From Octopus vulgaris (taxonomy: Eukaryota), in contig OX597824.1 of the NCBI GenBank assembly GCA_951406725.2, positions 16,492,001 through 16,556,000 on the forward strand: a DNA stretch of 64,000 nt. Direction: 5' to 3'. The notes below the pieces were generated by a model that saw only the letters and a list, made by a program, of their open reading frames with translations, made no database searches and was not told the origin of the DNA. Shown here in pieces: positions 40,742 to 57,679 of the stretch (position 1 is the first letter of the stretch; every line of letters starts with the position of its first letter). A program made the translations under genes and the position numbers.

Positions 40742-40804
40742 TTTTCTATCTATCTATCTTTCTATACGCCCACATACACACACTGATATATCTGTGTGTA
40801 TGTA

Positions 40805-41099
40805 TCAAGGCGTCACTTTGTGGTAAGAAGCTTGCTTCCCGGCTACGTCGTTCCGGGTTTAGTCGCACTGTGTGGCACCTTGGGAAAGTGTCTTCTACTA
40901 TAGCCTTGGGTCAACCAAAGCCTTATGAGTGGATTTGGTAGACTTAAAGGGAAAGAATCCTGTGGAAACACACACACACACACACATATCGATAATGGCC
41001 GAAATTGCGCTTGACCCACTGGCCTATAACTAAAGAGAAGTTGGTGACCCTCTGTATTTTCCGTTTGTCTTTATTTTTAATCTGAAAAAGAAAATTATA

Positions 41100-41130
<31 letters not shown>

Positions 41131-41133
41131 GTG

Positions 41134-41185
<52 letters not shown>

Positions 41186-41365
41186 TGTGTGTTCGTTCTT
41201 GTGTCCTTGTGTTCAACCGATGTTGGTGGGCTTTCGTCGCCATAGCTTAGCGGTTCGGCAAAATAGACGATTTGAAAAAAAATCTCGAGATCGATTTGTT
41301 CGGCTAAAATTCTTCGAAACGGAGCCCAAGCTTAGCAACTGTCAAATCACTGAAACAAGCAAAAT
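40805..41365 (+). mobile_element. Degenerate SINE family A with internal insertion
   Basis: gtggcaccttgggaaagtgtcttctactatagcc head; cttagcggttcggcaaaa body. Confidence 0.75.
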
Positions 41366-42292
41366 ATAAAAATACACACACATACGCACACACGTGCGCA
41401 CACACACACAAACACACACACATACACACACACACATGCAAACTCACACACATGCAAACATACACACATACTCATATATATCCGGTCGCATGAACTGGCT
41501 GTTATGAGATTATATTTTTTATACACATTATATATAACAGCCAATTCATGTTAGAGGGTGGTTTCATGCTACTAATCAACACTTCCAACCAGTACACGGG
41601 CATCGGAGCCATTGTAAAAATCTGGAATGGCATTCATGATGAAATAACACTGGGAAAAATCTAGCAGAAGGAAATGTTTCAATGTTCGCTGTTAAGGTTG
41701 TCAGAGTTATGTCCCTTCGTTTGGTTCCTTGTTAGCTAGTGTCTAGCATGCCAGTATTCAAAGATATAGATAGATAAAGAGAGAGAGAGGGGGGAAGAAA
41801 GAGTGAAAGAGAGAGATCGAGGGAGTGTGCGTGTGATGGATAGTGAGATACATAAAGGAGACAAAAGTACTATGCGTATATATATGTGTACCTTAATACG
41901 GAAGTGTTTGTACATATCTGATTGTAAATGTTAAATGAATATTGATTAACGAAAGTTTGACATGAAAATAGGTTGACAGTAAAATTAGGATTTGGACGAA
42001 ATATAACTCGAAAACAAATATTAAATTTCACAGCACATTAATGTAAAATGTATATAAAATCTATATTATTATGAATTTTTAAAAGCAGCTTCTCGTATGA
42101 CAGTATTTCTGGAGATGTGTGTCGCAAAGCGTACAGAAGTGCATAGTGTAGGAATACTATAAGCACCAGTATACGTATGTGTCCATATGTATATACATAT
42201 GTGCATATATGTACATATATACATACATAAATATATAAATACATAAATGCATATAAACGTAAATAGATACACACGCACATACACATATACAT

Positions 42293-42340
<48 letters not shown>

Positions 42341-42537
42341 ATATTTATATACAGGTGTATAAACGTGAATATATGTGAGCATTTATGCTTACACGTGCGT
42401 GTATACATACATCTATATATTTTTTTACGTTCATCTATATATTTCTTCTTTTATTGTTAATCCACTTTGTTATATTGCATTCCAAGTTTTCGCGTCTTAT
42501 ATATAGAGATCTATATTCAGATATACAGATGCATATG

Positions 42538-42586
<49 letters not shown>

Positions 42587-42927
42587 ACGCACATACACAC
42601 GCACACATGTAATATGAATTGAACACATCAATAGAAGAGAAGCGAGGTGATAGAATTGATGTTTATTCCATTCGTTTACAGCTGTTTCATAATCTGGTTA
42701 GTTACATAATATGTTTCACATCGACATTCGCTTATTTACAAGATATATATATAGATATATGTACGTGTCCAAGCCCACATATACAAGTTTGCTGAGAAGT
42801 AAACTAACAGACCAATCTTCCGTACAGTTCATGCTAGTCCAGAACATTAACTCTGCCATAGAGAGCCAGCTCACCATATATATACTATATATATATATAT
42901 CCTACATAAATATATATATATATATTC

Positions 42928-42962
<35 letters not shown>

Positions 42963-43215
42963 GTCAGGGCGTGTGTTTCAAGTGAGGATAGATGAGTATA
43001 TACATATAGGCGCATGTACGTGGGTCTGTGGGCGCGCATGTCTATGTATGGACATACGCGCTTACGCGATTACTATGAACATTTTTATTCCCTTACCTTT
43101 ACTCCCATCCCTTACTCAGCGATCATTCTAATACCTCTTTTGTCTTAACGAACAAACACATAGTAATTTCCCTTTGTTTTAATGGTCATTTTCATAGCAT
43201 TTTTTCGATGGCCCG

Positions 43216-43274
43216 ATAACTGAAGAGATGCCTGCGTGAGTTTCCGCCCTGACATCCGAAACTTGGAGTTTTAT
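43216..43274 (+). ncRNA. Minimal type I hammerhead-like motif
   Basis: AUAA-CUGAAGA-GAUG..CAUCC-GAAAC-UUGGA-GUU-UUAU. Confidence 0.55.
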
Positions 43275-43381
43275 AATGGCTCCCGAATAATTGTCACATA
43301 TTATATTTACATATAAATTCCTCTATTTACATAATATCGAGGTCTCTCTCTTTCATTATTTTGTTGTCTTGCCATTTCTAT

Positions 43382-43433
<52 letters not shown>

Positions 43434-43434
43434 T

Positions 43435-43675
43435 AATAATAAATATTAGGGAATAAATCCAAACTTACAGGGAAAAATCAGATTTAGGATTGAATCCAAT
43501 TTTATAGTAAAATATTATATTATATTAAATTAGAGATAAAACCACTATTAGGCAAATCATACAATGAAAAACTTAAGCCAATACATAAATTAAATAATCT
43601 TATGTATTGGCTTAAGTTTTTCATTGTATGATTTGCCTAATAGTGGTTTTATCTCTAATTTAATATAATATATAT
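43435..43675. mobile_element. Element F with near-perfect ~155-bp hairpin
   Basis: 43517-43672 is self-complementary; (TA)n on both sides. Confidence 0.85.
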
Positions 43676-43680
43676 ATATA

Positions 43681-44079
43681 CTCTTTACTCTTTTACTTGT
43701 TTCAGTCATTTGACTGTGGCCACCTTTAGTCGAGCAAATCGACCCCGGGACTTATTCTTTGTAAGCCCAGTACTTATTCTATCGGTCTTTTTTGGCCGAA
43801 CTGCTAAGTGACGGGAACGTAAACACCCCAGCATCGGTTGTCAAGCAATGCTAGGGGGACAAACACAGACACACAAAGACACACATACATACATATACAT
43901 ATATATACATATATACGATAGGCTTCTTTCAGTTTTCGTCTACCAAATCCACTCACAAGGCTTTGGTCTGCCCGGGGCTATAGCAGAAGACACTTGCCCA
44001 AGATGCCACGCAGTGGGACTGAACACGGAACCATGTGGTTTGTTAGCAAGCTACTTACCACACAGCCACTCCTGCGCCT
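43681..44079 (-). mobile_element. SINE family A
   Basis: Colinear with 8791-9205. Confidence 0.92.
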
Positions 44080-44254
44080 GTATATTCATATATATATACA
44101 TATATATATATCCGCAGGCAAAGAGGTACTCAGTAGAGGGATTTGTTTCAAGAAAGCAAGAATCAGACATCAATGCAAATACAGAGAATGAAGCGGTAAA
44201 TGAATACGATAAAGTATAATATCAAAAGATAAAAAAGCGAAACAAAAATTCATG

Positions 44255-44395
44255 AAGATTGCTTCCCAAGATCATAGTTTTTTGTTCAGTCCGATTGCTT
44301 GCTACCTTGGGCAAGTGTCTTCTGCTATAGCCTCGGGCCGATTAACCCTTGTGAGTGGATTTGGTAGAAGGAAACTGAAAGACGCCCGTTGTATA
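44255..44395 (+). mobile_element. 5' fragment of SINE family A
   Basis: ccttgggcaagtgtcttctgctatagcctcgggccga. Confidence 0.85.
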
Positions 44396-44526
44396 TATGT
44401 ATATTTGTGTGAGTGTGTATATATGTGTGTGTGTGCGTGCGTGTGCGTGTGCGTATATATCTGTAGTAATGACCTTTTATTTTTATAGTTTTTTAATTTC
44501 ATGTTTATTTCATTCATTTTTTGCAA

Positions 44527-44574
<48 letters not shown>

Positions 44575-45142
44575 GACACACACACACACACACACTGCAA
44601 GGCTTACAGATGGGTTGCTGAATTGAAATCTCTCTGCTGCTTTAAGGGGAAGGTAAAACTTGACAAACTGCTGCTCCCTCAGTTGTTGGACTACCGTGAT
44701 GTTTGTTTAAAAAAAGAGAGATTATGACTGTGATAAAATAATGAAAGCGATATTTACTAAGTAAGTGAGCACTATTATACAAAGAAATAATTAGACTAAA
44801 ATATGAAACTTGTTAGAAATAGGAATCAAATGTGTAATTATTATCAAAGAGCCTGCAGAAAACAGCCCGGAGGGCAGTCCTTCTGCTTTGTGTGAATAAT
44901 GCCAAACGCATTCGTACACATGCATATATATTCGTTTGTGAGTCTTAACATGCACGCTCATATGCATTTATAAAGAAATTACGCTCGCGCGCGCAGGTAT
45001 TTCTGCGCCCTCCAAACACACATTAACACATACAGTCTCACACATACATTATAGCTCAGAAGCACAAATTTCAGAATAGTGATATATAAGCAGAAGATCA
45101 ATACTTAGTTCAATTGACCAAAAGCAGATCATAGAGTTAACG

Positions 45143-45240
45143 GAAAAAAAACAAAAGACGAAGACAGGTGGTGTAGAAAACAAACCGATGTATTAGTATA
45201 ACGCTCAGGAAACTGAAAAAGTCTTTTACATTTCGAGCCT
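45143..45240. mobile_element. Element H fragment, homolog of 62517-62670
   Basis: aaaacaaaagacgaagacaggtggtgtagaaaacaaa..gatgtattagtataacgctcagg near-identical. Confidence 0.88.
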
Positions 45241-45463
45241 AAACATACGTATAAGAGGGATGACCACTAAGTGGATATCTATTATGCTAGAAGTCGACCC
45301 CCTATGGTCTTACCACTAAGAAAGGAATGATCTCAAGAAAATTTAGGAAAATTTAGCCTAAACATACGTATAAGAGGGATGACCACTAAGTGGATATCTA
45401 TTATGCTAGAAGACGACCCCCTAAGTTCTTACCACTAAGAAAAGAATGGTCTCAAGAAAATTT
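45236..45463 (+). repeat. 119-bp direct tandem duplication
   Basis: agcctaaacatacgtataagagggatgaccactaagtgg at 45236 and 45355. Confidence 0.93.
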
Positions 45464-45522
45464 TGCAAACGCCAGAACGTAAGCGAACAAGACAAATGAA
45501 AAGATACAAATTATATAGATTA

Positions 45523-45592
45523 ATCACTAACCAGTTTCATTGTTACCACCTACGTAACCACTTGCGTAGATTCCGCAACTCATCAGTGTGAT
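45523..45592 (-). ncRNA. Type I hammerhead-like motif with canonical CUGAUGA core
   Basis: AUCACA-CUGAUGA-GUUG..CAAU-GAAAC-UG-GUU-AGUGAU. Confidence 0.65.
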
Positions 45593-45683
45593 CGTTATAG
45601 CTAAAATAAGATTGAACATATATAGTTCTACCAATTACATTTGGGTTTATATTTCAAAAGTCTTCGTTTAAATATATATATAT

Positions 45684-45846
45684 ATAGAATGGTTGTATAC
45701 TGTCAATCTAACGTGAACGTGACAGTAGGGGGTTACACCACCGCTGTTTAGCCCTAGGAAGCATCGACGCTTCTTAGGGCTAAACAGCGGTGTTGTAACC
45801 CCTACTGTCACGTTCACGTTAGATTGACAGTATACAACCATTCTAT
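45684..45846. repeat. Near-perfect 163-bp inverted repeat
   Basis: ~79-bp arms around the loop atcgac. Confidence 0.95.
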
Positions 45847-45895
45847 CGCCCCACCACCGTACATATCTCTATGAGAGATTTAGAAATTTAATATT

Positions 45896-45960
<65 letters not shown>

Positions 45961-45966
45961 TATATA

Positions 45967-50410
<4,444 letters not shown>

Positions 50411-50836
50411 ATCAATATTATGAAAACGGAAAATTGCTCTTTCTAATGTTGTTGGTTTCTCTCTCCTCTCTGACTCAATTTTTACGTGCAAACGCCGCAC
50501 TTTGTCAATTTAAATCTGGCTAGAAGTTAATGGATCTTGTCTGCATATATTAGATTTGTCCAATTACACGCCTCTTGTGAGATGTAATAAATATATGCAC
50601 ACTCCTTCTACATTGATTCGGAAACTCTTGGTTCACCCAACATTTTCTGTATCAATTTTTACTGATTTATTTCGCTTTTGTCTTTATCCGTAACCGTAAT
50701 ACAGCATGCAGCCACAAGCGAACACACACGTACACACACCGAATTTCGTGCGTACATACACACGCATGTGTATAGAAACAGACTCACGTAGACTCACACA
50801 AATGTGTATATAAATGTGTCTGTGTAAATATATGTA

Positions 50837-50914
<78 letters not shown>

Positions 50915-51075
50915 TATACATATATATACATATATATACACGTGTATATATACGTATATATGAGATCTATATAAATGTATATGCATGTATATATGTACTT
51001 ATAGCTAGCTATACATACATTCGTAAATATATACATATATATGCATACACACACACTCACGGACACATAAATATA

Positions 51076-51117
<42 letters not shown>

Positions 51118-51174
51118 CATACATATATATGTATACACACACACACGCACAAACCACACATACACTCACACACA

Positions 51175-51225
<51 letters not shown>

Positions 51226-51254
51226 GCGCATTTATATATATATATATATATGTA

Positions 51255-51460
51255 CCGGGGTGAGCTCGTAAATGTGAAACAAGGTGAAAAAAATAGTACT
51301 CAAATACCAGAGGTAGAGTAATATGCTTTATTGTAAAGCAGCAAAACCATCACAAAATCTGTTACTCGGAGTTTTGTTTAAAAACAAAACTGTCCGACGA
51401 ACGGGAAAGTGAAACTCTGAGTAAAAGTTTTTGCGTTGTTTTTAGTGCTTTTCAATAAAA
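51255..51460. mobile_element. Element G as two inverted partial copies in (TA)n
   Basis: ttactcggagttt vs aaactctgagtaa; homolog at 28713. Confidence 0.72.
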
Positions 51461-51469
51461 TATATATAC

Positions 51470-51672
<203 letters not shown>

Positions 51673-51773
51673 TAATAATGTAGGGAGAAATTAATTAATT
51701 TAGAATAATCATTAAGTTCACCATGTAGATTTCGGCATGTAAAAGCCCCATTTGAGGAAAGTTTAAGTAATAC

Positions 51774-51900
51774 TAAGTAATTAAGGGTTTAGCAACGATT
51801 TGCCTCACCACACACCGAATTTAGGAATAGCTATAACTCTTTGACTGCTATTTCTAAATTCGGTGTGTGGTGAGGCAAATCGTTGCTAAACCCTTAATTA

Positions 51901-51904
<4 letters not shown>
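51774..51904. repeat. Near-perfect inverted repeat, ~58-bp arms
   Basis: taagtaattaagggtttagcaacgatttgcctcaccacacaccgaattt and its reverse complement. Confidence 0.95.
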
Positions 51905-51954
<50 letters not shown>

Positions 51955-51958
<4 letters not shown>

Positions 51959-52165
51959 ATTCATAAGTAAGGGCAAGCGAAAAAATTTCTAATGCCAAAT
52001 ATGACGAAAAATTGGACATACTGTCCATTAACCATCTAATTTTTTCACAATATGCACGCACTGCATATTGTGAAAAGAAATAGATGGTTAATGGACAATA
52101 TGTCCAATTTTTCGTCATATTTGGCATTAGAAATTTTTTCAGTTGCCCTTGCTTCTGAATTATAT
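51955..52165. repeat. Near-perfect inverted repeat, ~100-bp arms
   Basis: Arms meet at tgca-cgcac-tgca. Confidence 0.95.
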
Positions 52166-52243
52166 AAATTTAACTTTTAAAGGTACTTTTTAATATGCTG
52201 GCCATTGATAAAATTTATATATATATATATATTATATTTATAT

Positions 52244-52281
<38 letters not shown>

Positions 52282-52427
52282 CTATGTAATTTTAAGATCC
52301 ATGGATCTAGCTGTAGGAATTTAGAGTTCTTCGAGCAGTCCTTAATAAGGATAAAAGACAAATTTCAGGAACAATAATAGTTTATTGGTGTAGTAAGATG
52401 TATTTGACTCGGGATCCCTTCACTGCA

Positions 52428-52700
52428 ACCCCATAAATAATGCGATTTGTTTTCAATAGCATGAACTAAAAGTCGGAGGGGGATAGGATAAACTACCTGC
52501 ATCAACTTGCTATAAAAGTAGGTAGCAGTTTTACCATAATCTTATTCTTATTGGTAAATTTTGAAGTGTGCAGTTCGATTTTAATAGTTATTTTTCCAAA
52601 GCAATATTGGAAGTGACAAAGGAACATATTCGGCTTATTTTTTACTTTATGAGTTCAATAAAGGCAACAACGCAACGGAAAGTGCGAGAAATATTAAATA
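52428..52700 (+). pseudogene. Mariner transposon 5' fragment (N-terminal HTH)
   Basis: EVTKEHIR....YEFNKGNNATESARNI, with a frameshift. Confidence 0.75.
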
Positions 52701-53061
52701 ATGTCTTTATTTGTAAATCAAGGCTACCATTGGTTTCATGTTAAGAAAAGTAGGAAAATAGTGTCTTAACAATTTTTCAAGCCGATCACATGTGGAAAGG
52801 TGTTAGCCTTCATTTTCGGCGTGTAACTTGTCAGAATGTATCATGCTTCTTCTAATTCTTTTAGAGGTGCTGGTGCAGTCGAAAGCATGAAAATGAAATT
52901 CTTGTCTAGGTATAGATTGAGGGCGTAACTTTTGTTAAACTGTGATAGCTATTTGCTATTCTAACATCATAGGTGCCTGTTTAAGCGTACTACCTGTTCC
53001 TTAATTCCCCTATCCTTCAATCCAGACACACACCGATGAGATAATATATATTCTGTGGTTT

Positions 53062-53289
53062 CGGCGAGCTGGCAGAACCGTTAGACGCCGGGCGAAATGC
53101 GTAGCCGTATTTCGTCTACCGTTATGTTCCGAGTTCAAATTCCGCCGAGGTCGACTTTGCCTTTCATCCTTTCGGGGTCGATAAATTAAGTACCAGTTAC
53201 GCACTGGGGTCGATATAATCGACTTAAATTCGTTTGTCTGTCCTTGTTTGTCCCCTCTATGTTTAGCCCCTTGTGGGTAGTAAAGAAAC
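53062..53289 (+). mobile_element. SINE family B monomer with 19-bp TSD
   Basis: atatattctgtggtttcgg at 53046-53064 and 53290-53308. Confidence 0.93.
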
Positions 53290-54536
53290 ATATATTCTGT
53301 GGTTTCGGAACACGAGGAGTGTCTACGCATATCTAATTAGTTTTTGGTGCATTTTGGGGGAATTTCCAATTATGTCTTCTATATATCATTTTTGGATGGA
53401 AATTTTAATTCTAAATTCTGATGAATTTACGATTTCAAAGAAATTATGCGAGCAACGTTCTGTTGCGATAAGTTCCGACGAAGATTGAGAACATCAAAGG
53501 TGCTTTTGGGTGTTTTTGTTGTAATATATGTTACTGCTCCCTGTATCCTAATGATGACTTTTGCCAAAGTAGAAACTTTTGAGCAATCTGGATGAGAATC
53601 TGCTAAAATTATGTTAAAATTATGCCATTGAATAAAAGCGAAGTTATAGATATTACGTTATTTTATATGGTTTCTTTATTGATTCTACGACATTCCCGGG
53701 AAAAATACATTTTTAACAAACTTGTACGGCTTGCCGGAAACAATATAGTTCTCCGGACTTTTTAAGTATTTTTGTCTTGTATTTCAACAGAGGACTTTCC
53801 CCCGAAATATTGGAGCGTTAAACAACATTTGTAAGGTAATACACCTTTATCTTTGTTTGATATTACCTTAGATCTTTTGATGTAATTCGTCCTTAAACAT
53901 TTCTTAAGTTTTTCTTGTTTTCTTTACATCATTTTCTTGATGGTTGTTAAGGAAATTTTCTTTTATCAAGTGTAACAAATTTCTACCCAAGTTGAACACT
54001 CACTCGTGCTACAACGTCGATCGAAACAGGATTTTACGCTTTGTATATTCTACTTTTTATTTTTATATAATTTTACGAAATGTGCAACTCTGTTTCAGAA
54101 AAAGAGAAATTTTGTTGTTCATATTTTACTTACGTGAAAAGAAGCTTCAAGTAATAATAATTTTCCATTTCAGACTCTTGGGGAAATTTAGTCTCACGTG
54201 ATCGTTGTTCATTTTCGTTTTTTTTTAAAAAGAAAGAGAAAGCAATTGGTGGCTCACAAGATAGTTTCATCTCTGTTTCCTGACCTCAAGTTTTGCCAGT
54301 ACATTTTCAACACCAGGATGGATGAAACGCATACGAAATGCATTACGGTCAGCTAAAACGAAAACCTAATGTTATCAATGACTAAATGAATGCTTAACAA
54401 AGATTTGGCCTTGTACCATCACTGATTTCATGTGCAACAAAGAATTATTTTTCTAAGAGAGAAAGAGAAGGAGAAGGAAAGAGACAGAGAGAAAGAGAGC
54501 GTAAGAGGGGGAGCGGAAGCCTTATTGTGAGCGATA

Positions 54537-55508
54537 CCTATTTCTTTACTACCCACAAGGGGCTAAACACAGAGGGGACAAACAAGGACAGACAAAGGGA
54601 CTAAGTCGATTATATCGACCCCAGTGCGTAACTGGTACTTATTTAATCGACCCCGAAAGGATGAAAGGCAAAGTCGACCACGGCGGAATTTGAACTCAGA
54701 ACGTAGCGGCAGACGAAATACCTATTTCGTTACTACCCACAATGGGATAAACACAGAGGGGACAAACAAGGACAAACAAACGGATTAAATCGATTACATC
54801 GACCCCAGTGCGTAACTGGTACTTAATTTATCGACCCCGAAAGGATGAAAGGCAAAGTCGACCACGGCGGAATTTGAACTCAGAACGTAGCGGCAGACGA
54901 AATACCTATTTCTTTACTACCCACAAGGGACTAAACACAGAGGGGACAAACAAGGACAGACAAAACGGATTAAGTCGATTACATCGACCCCAGTGCGTAA
55001 CTGGTACTTAATTTATCGACCCCGAAAGGATGAAAGGCAAAGTCGACTTCGGCGGAATTTGAACTCAGAACGTAGCGGCAGACGAAATACCTATTTCGTT
55101 ACTACCCACAAGGGGATAAACACAGAGGGGACAAACAAGGACAAACAAACGGATTAAATCGATTACATCGACCCCAGTGCGTAACTGGTACTTATTTAAT
55201 CGACCCCGAAAGGATGAAAGGCAAAGTCGACCTCGGCGGAATTTGAACTCAGAACGTAGCGGCAGACGAAATACCTATTTCTTTACTACCCACAAGGGGC
55301 TAAACACAGAGGGGACAAACAAGGACAGACAAACGGATTAAGTCGATTACATCGACCCCAGTGCGTAACTGGTACTTAATTTATCGATCCCGAAAGGATG
55401 AAAGGCAAAGTCGACTTCGGCGGAATTTGAACTCAGAACGTAACGGTAGACGAAATACGGCCGCGCATTTCGCCCGACGTGCAAACGTTTCTGCCAGCTC
55501 GCCGCCTT
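54537..55508 (-). mobile_element. SINE family B tandem pentamer, period ~184 bp
   Basis: Unit boundaries at 54537, 54721, 54905, 55090, 55274; a single full head at the right end; imperfect TSD cttattgtg..gatac. Confidence 0.95.
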
Positions 55509-55702
55509 ATTGTGGATGATACCACAGTCATGTTTCGTTTCCAGTTTGATGATATTTCACTTACGCTTCTGTGGCTAAATTCCCCACTTTTGTCTCTCAT
55601 ATGAGAAACGTCAGAGACAACACTAAACCAAATACACACATTCAAGTCCCAATTCGTTGACATTACGACATGAACAATTAAAATTAGTTGGGAGGACTTC
55701 AT

Positions 55703-55985
55703 TGGTTAGAGTTGCGAACTCACGGTCGAGGGATCGCAGGTTCGAATCTCAGACTGGGCGACGTGTGTGTTTATGAGCGAAACATCTAAGCTCCACGCGG
55801 CTCCGGCAGAAGATAATGGCGAACTTCTGCTGACTCTTTCGCCACAACTTACTCTCACTCTTTCCTCCTGCATCTAGCAGCTCACCTGCGATGGACCGGC
55901 GTTCCGCCCAGGTGAGGAACCTATACGTCAATGAAAACGGGAAACTGGCCCTTATGAACCAAGCATAACCTGAGAAAGGACAAAC
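55703..55985 (+). mobile_element. SINE with family C head and a different 3' half
   Basis: ctaagctccacgcggctccggcag shared with family C; then cctgcgatggaccggcgttccgcccagg. Confidence 0.75.
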
Positions 55986-56201
55986 AGCAACACAGCAAGG
56001 GAGGCCTTCAACATCACATCACTCCATTATTACAAGTCCGACATATCATTCTGTCTATGGATGATTTATTTGTAAATATTATTGTTGGATTAAGATCAGT
56101 GTATTAGCAAAACCAATATAGTACGGGACTAAACATCTAGTTTTTACTGTGGATTCTCTAATTTTACACTTCAGATACAACTTACACTGTCAGCATAGGA
56201 T

Positions 56202-56520
56202 AGGAGCACTCCGTCGGTTACGACGATAAGGGTCCCAGCTAATTCGATCAACAGAACAGATTGCTCATGAAATTAACGTGCAAGTAGCTGAGCACTTCTC
56301 AGACACGTGTACCCTTAACGGTAGTTCTCAGGGAGATTCAGCGTGATAAAGAGTGTGACAAGGCTGGCCCTTTCAAATACAGGTACTACTCATTTTTGCC
56401 AGCTGAGTGGACTGGAGCAACGTGAAATAAAGTTGTCTTGCGCAAAGTCATAACGATTTGCCGGGAATTGAACTCATGACCTTACGATCATGAGCCGAAT
56501 GTCCTAACCACTAAGCCTCG
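56202..56520 (-). mobile_element. SINE with family D head and family C tail
   Basis: agcactccgtcggttacgacgat tail as at 9811; ctggagcaacgtgaaataaag as in 33472. Confidence 0.82.
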
Positions 56521-56586
56521 TGTCTTCACGTTCTGCTCTTTTACATACTATTTGTAATTTCTGGGAAGAAAAATCTAATCATATTT

Positions 56587-56976
56587 CACTACGAGCAAAA
56601 CGCCCCCCCATCCAATGGACGGTGTTGAGTTGTCAAACATTTAAACCAAATTTTCTCAAAACAACTTGTCCAGCCGTTCCATTTGGTGGCATTATTTCAA
56701 GTCAGCCGGCGTTTTTTGCGCAAACTGCACGTGCAATTTTCTCGCGTACGCGTAGTATCGATCGCAACAGCTGATGTACTTGCGCGTACAAATGCACGTT
56801 TCCACGGCTTTATCGATCGCATTCTCACCTGGAATCGATTTTTGCAATTTTTTCAAGCCTTATACACGCCCTGATACCATTGCTATCTACATATCAAATT
56901 TGAGCGCAATCGGATGGAGAATGCCCGAGTTCCTAGAAGACACACACACAGACAGAACGGATTTTATATAATAGAT
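56587..56976 (-). mobile_element. Helitron-like non-autonomous element
   Basis: Minus strand begins TCTATTATATAAAA..ctgtctgtgtgtgtg; same layout as 17903-18269; 3' end less clear. Confidence 0.5.
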
Positions 56977-57428
56977 TAGGAATTCTTCCCGACTGTCAGC
57001 ATAGAGAGCAAATGAAATTATAGCATTAAATTATTGTGACCTCACAGAAAAGAAAAATAGCTCAGTGAACACAAGCAAAAATAACTTCGTAAGATCTACT
57101 ATCCTTCCGCTAATTATTTTAGATATTATAGAGTCGGGAGCGGACATAAACATAATTTCGGTCTTTTCCTCTTGGACTCAAAGGAACATTCAGTATGTGA
57201 TTGGTGGAAGTAGAGACAGAGAGGGCACTTAATTGATTTGAGTAACCTGTAACAATGTGAAATGAAGCTCCTTGCTTAAAACACAAGGCGATGTTCGTTC
57301 TAGAAATCGAAATTACGAAGATATGTTCGTATATCCAAACCTAAAACACTAGGCTATGCATCTTCAGGAATGCAACTTTATATGAAATACATAAAGTGTT
57401 ATGTAAAATGTATAAATCCAGTACAAAT

Positions 57429-57592
57429 AGGCGTAGGAGTGTCTGTATGGTAAGTAGCTTGCTTACGAACCACATGGTTCCGGGTTCAGTCCCACTGCGT
57501 GGCACCTTGGGCAAGTGTCTTATACTATAGCCTCGGGCCGACCAAAGCATTGCGAGTGGATTTAGTAGACGGAAACTGAAAGAAACCCGTCG

Positions 57593-57679
<87 letters not shown>

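Noticed and set aside
53310-54000. Possible old DNA-transposon coding relic
   Set aside because: No diagnostic motif or termini identifiable by eye.
54537-55508. Regular array as a CRISPR-like locus
   Set aside because: Units are homologous along their whole length with no unique spacers; eukaryotic context, no cas genes.
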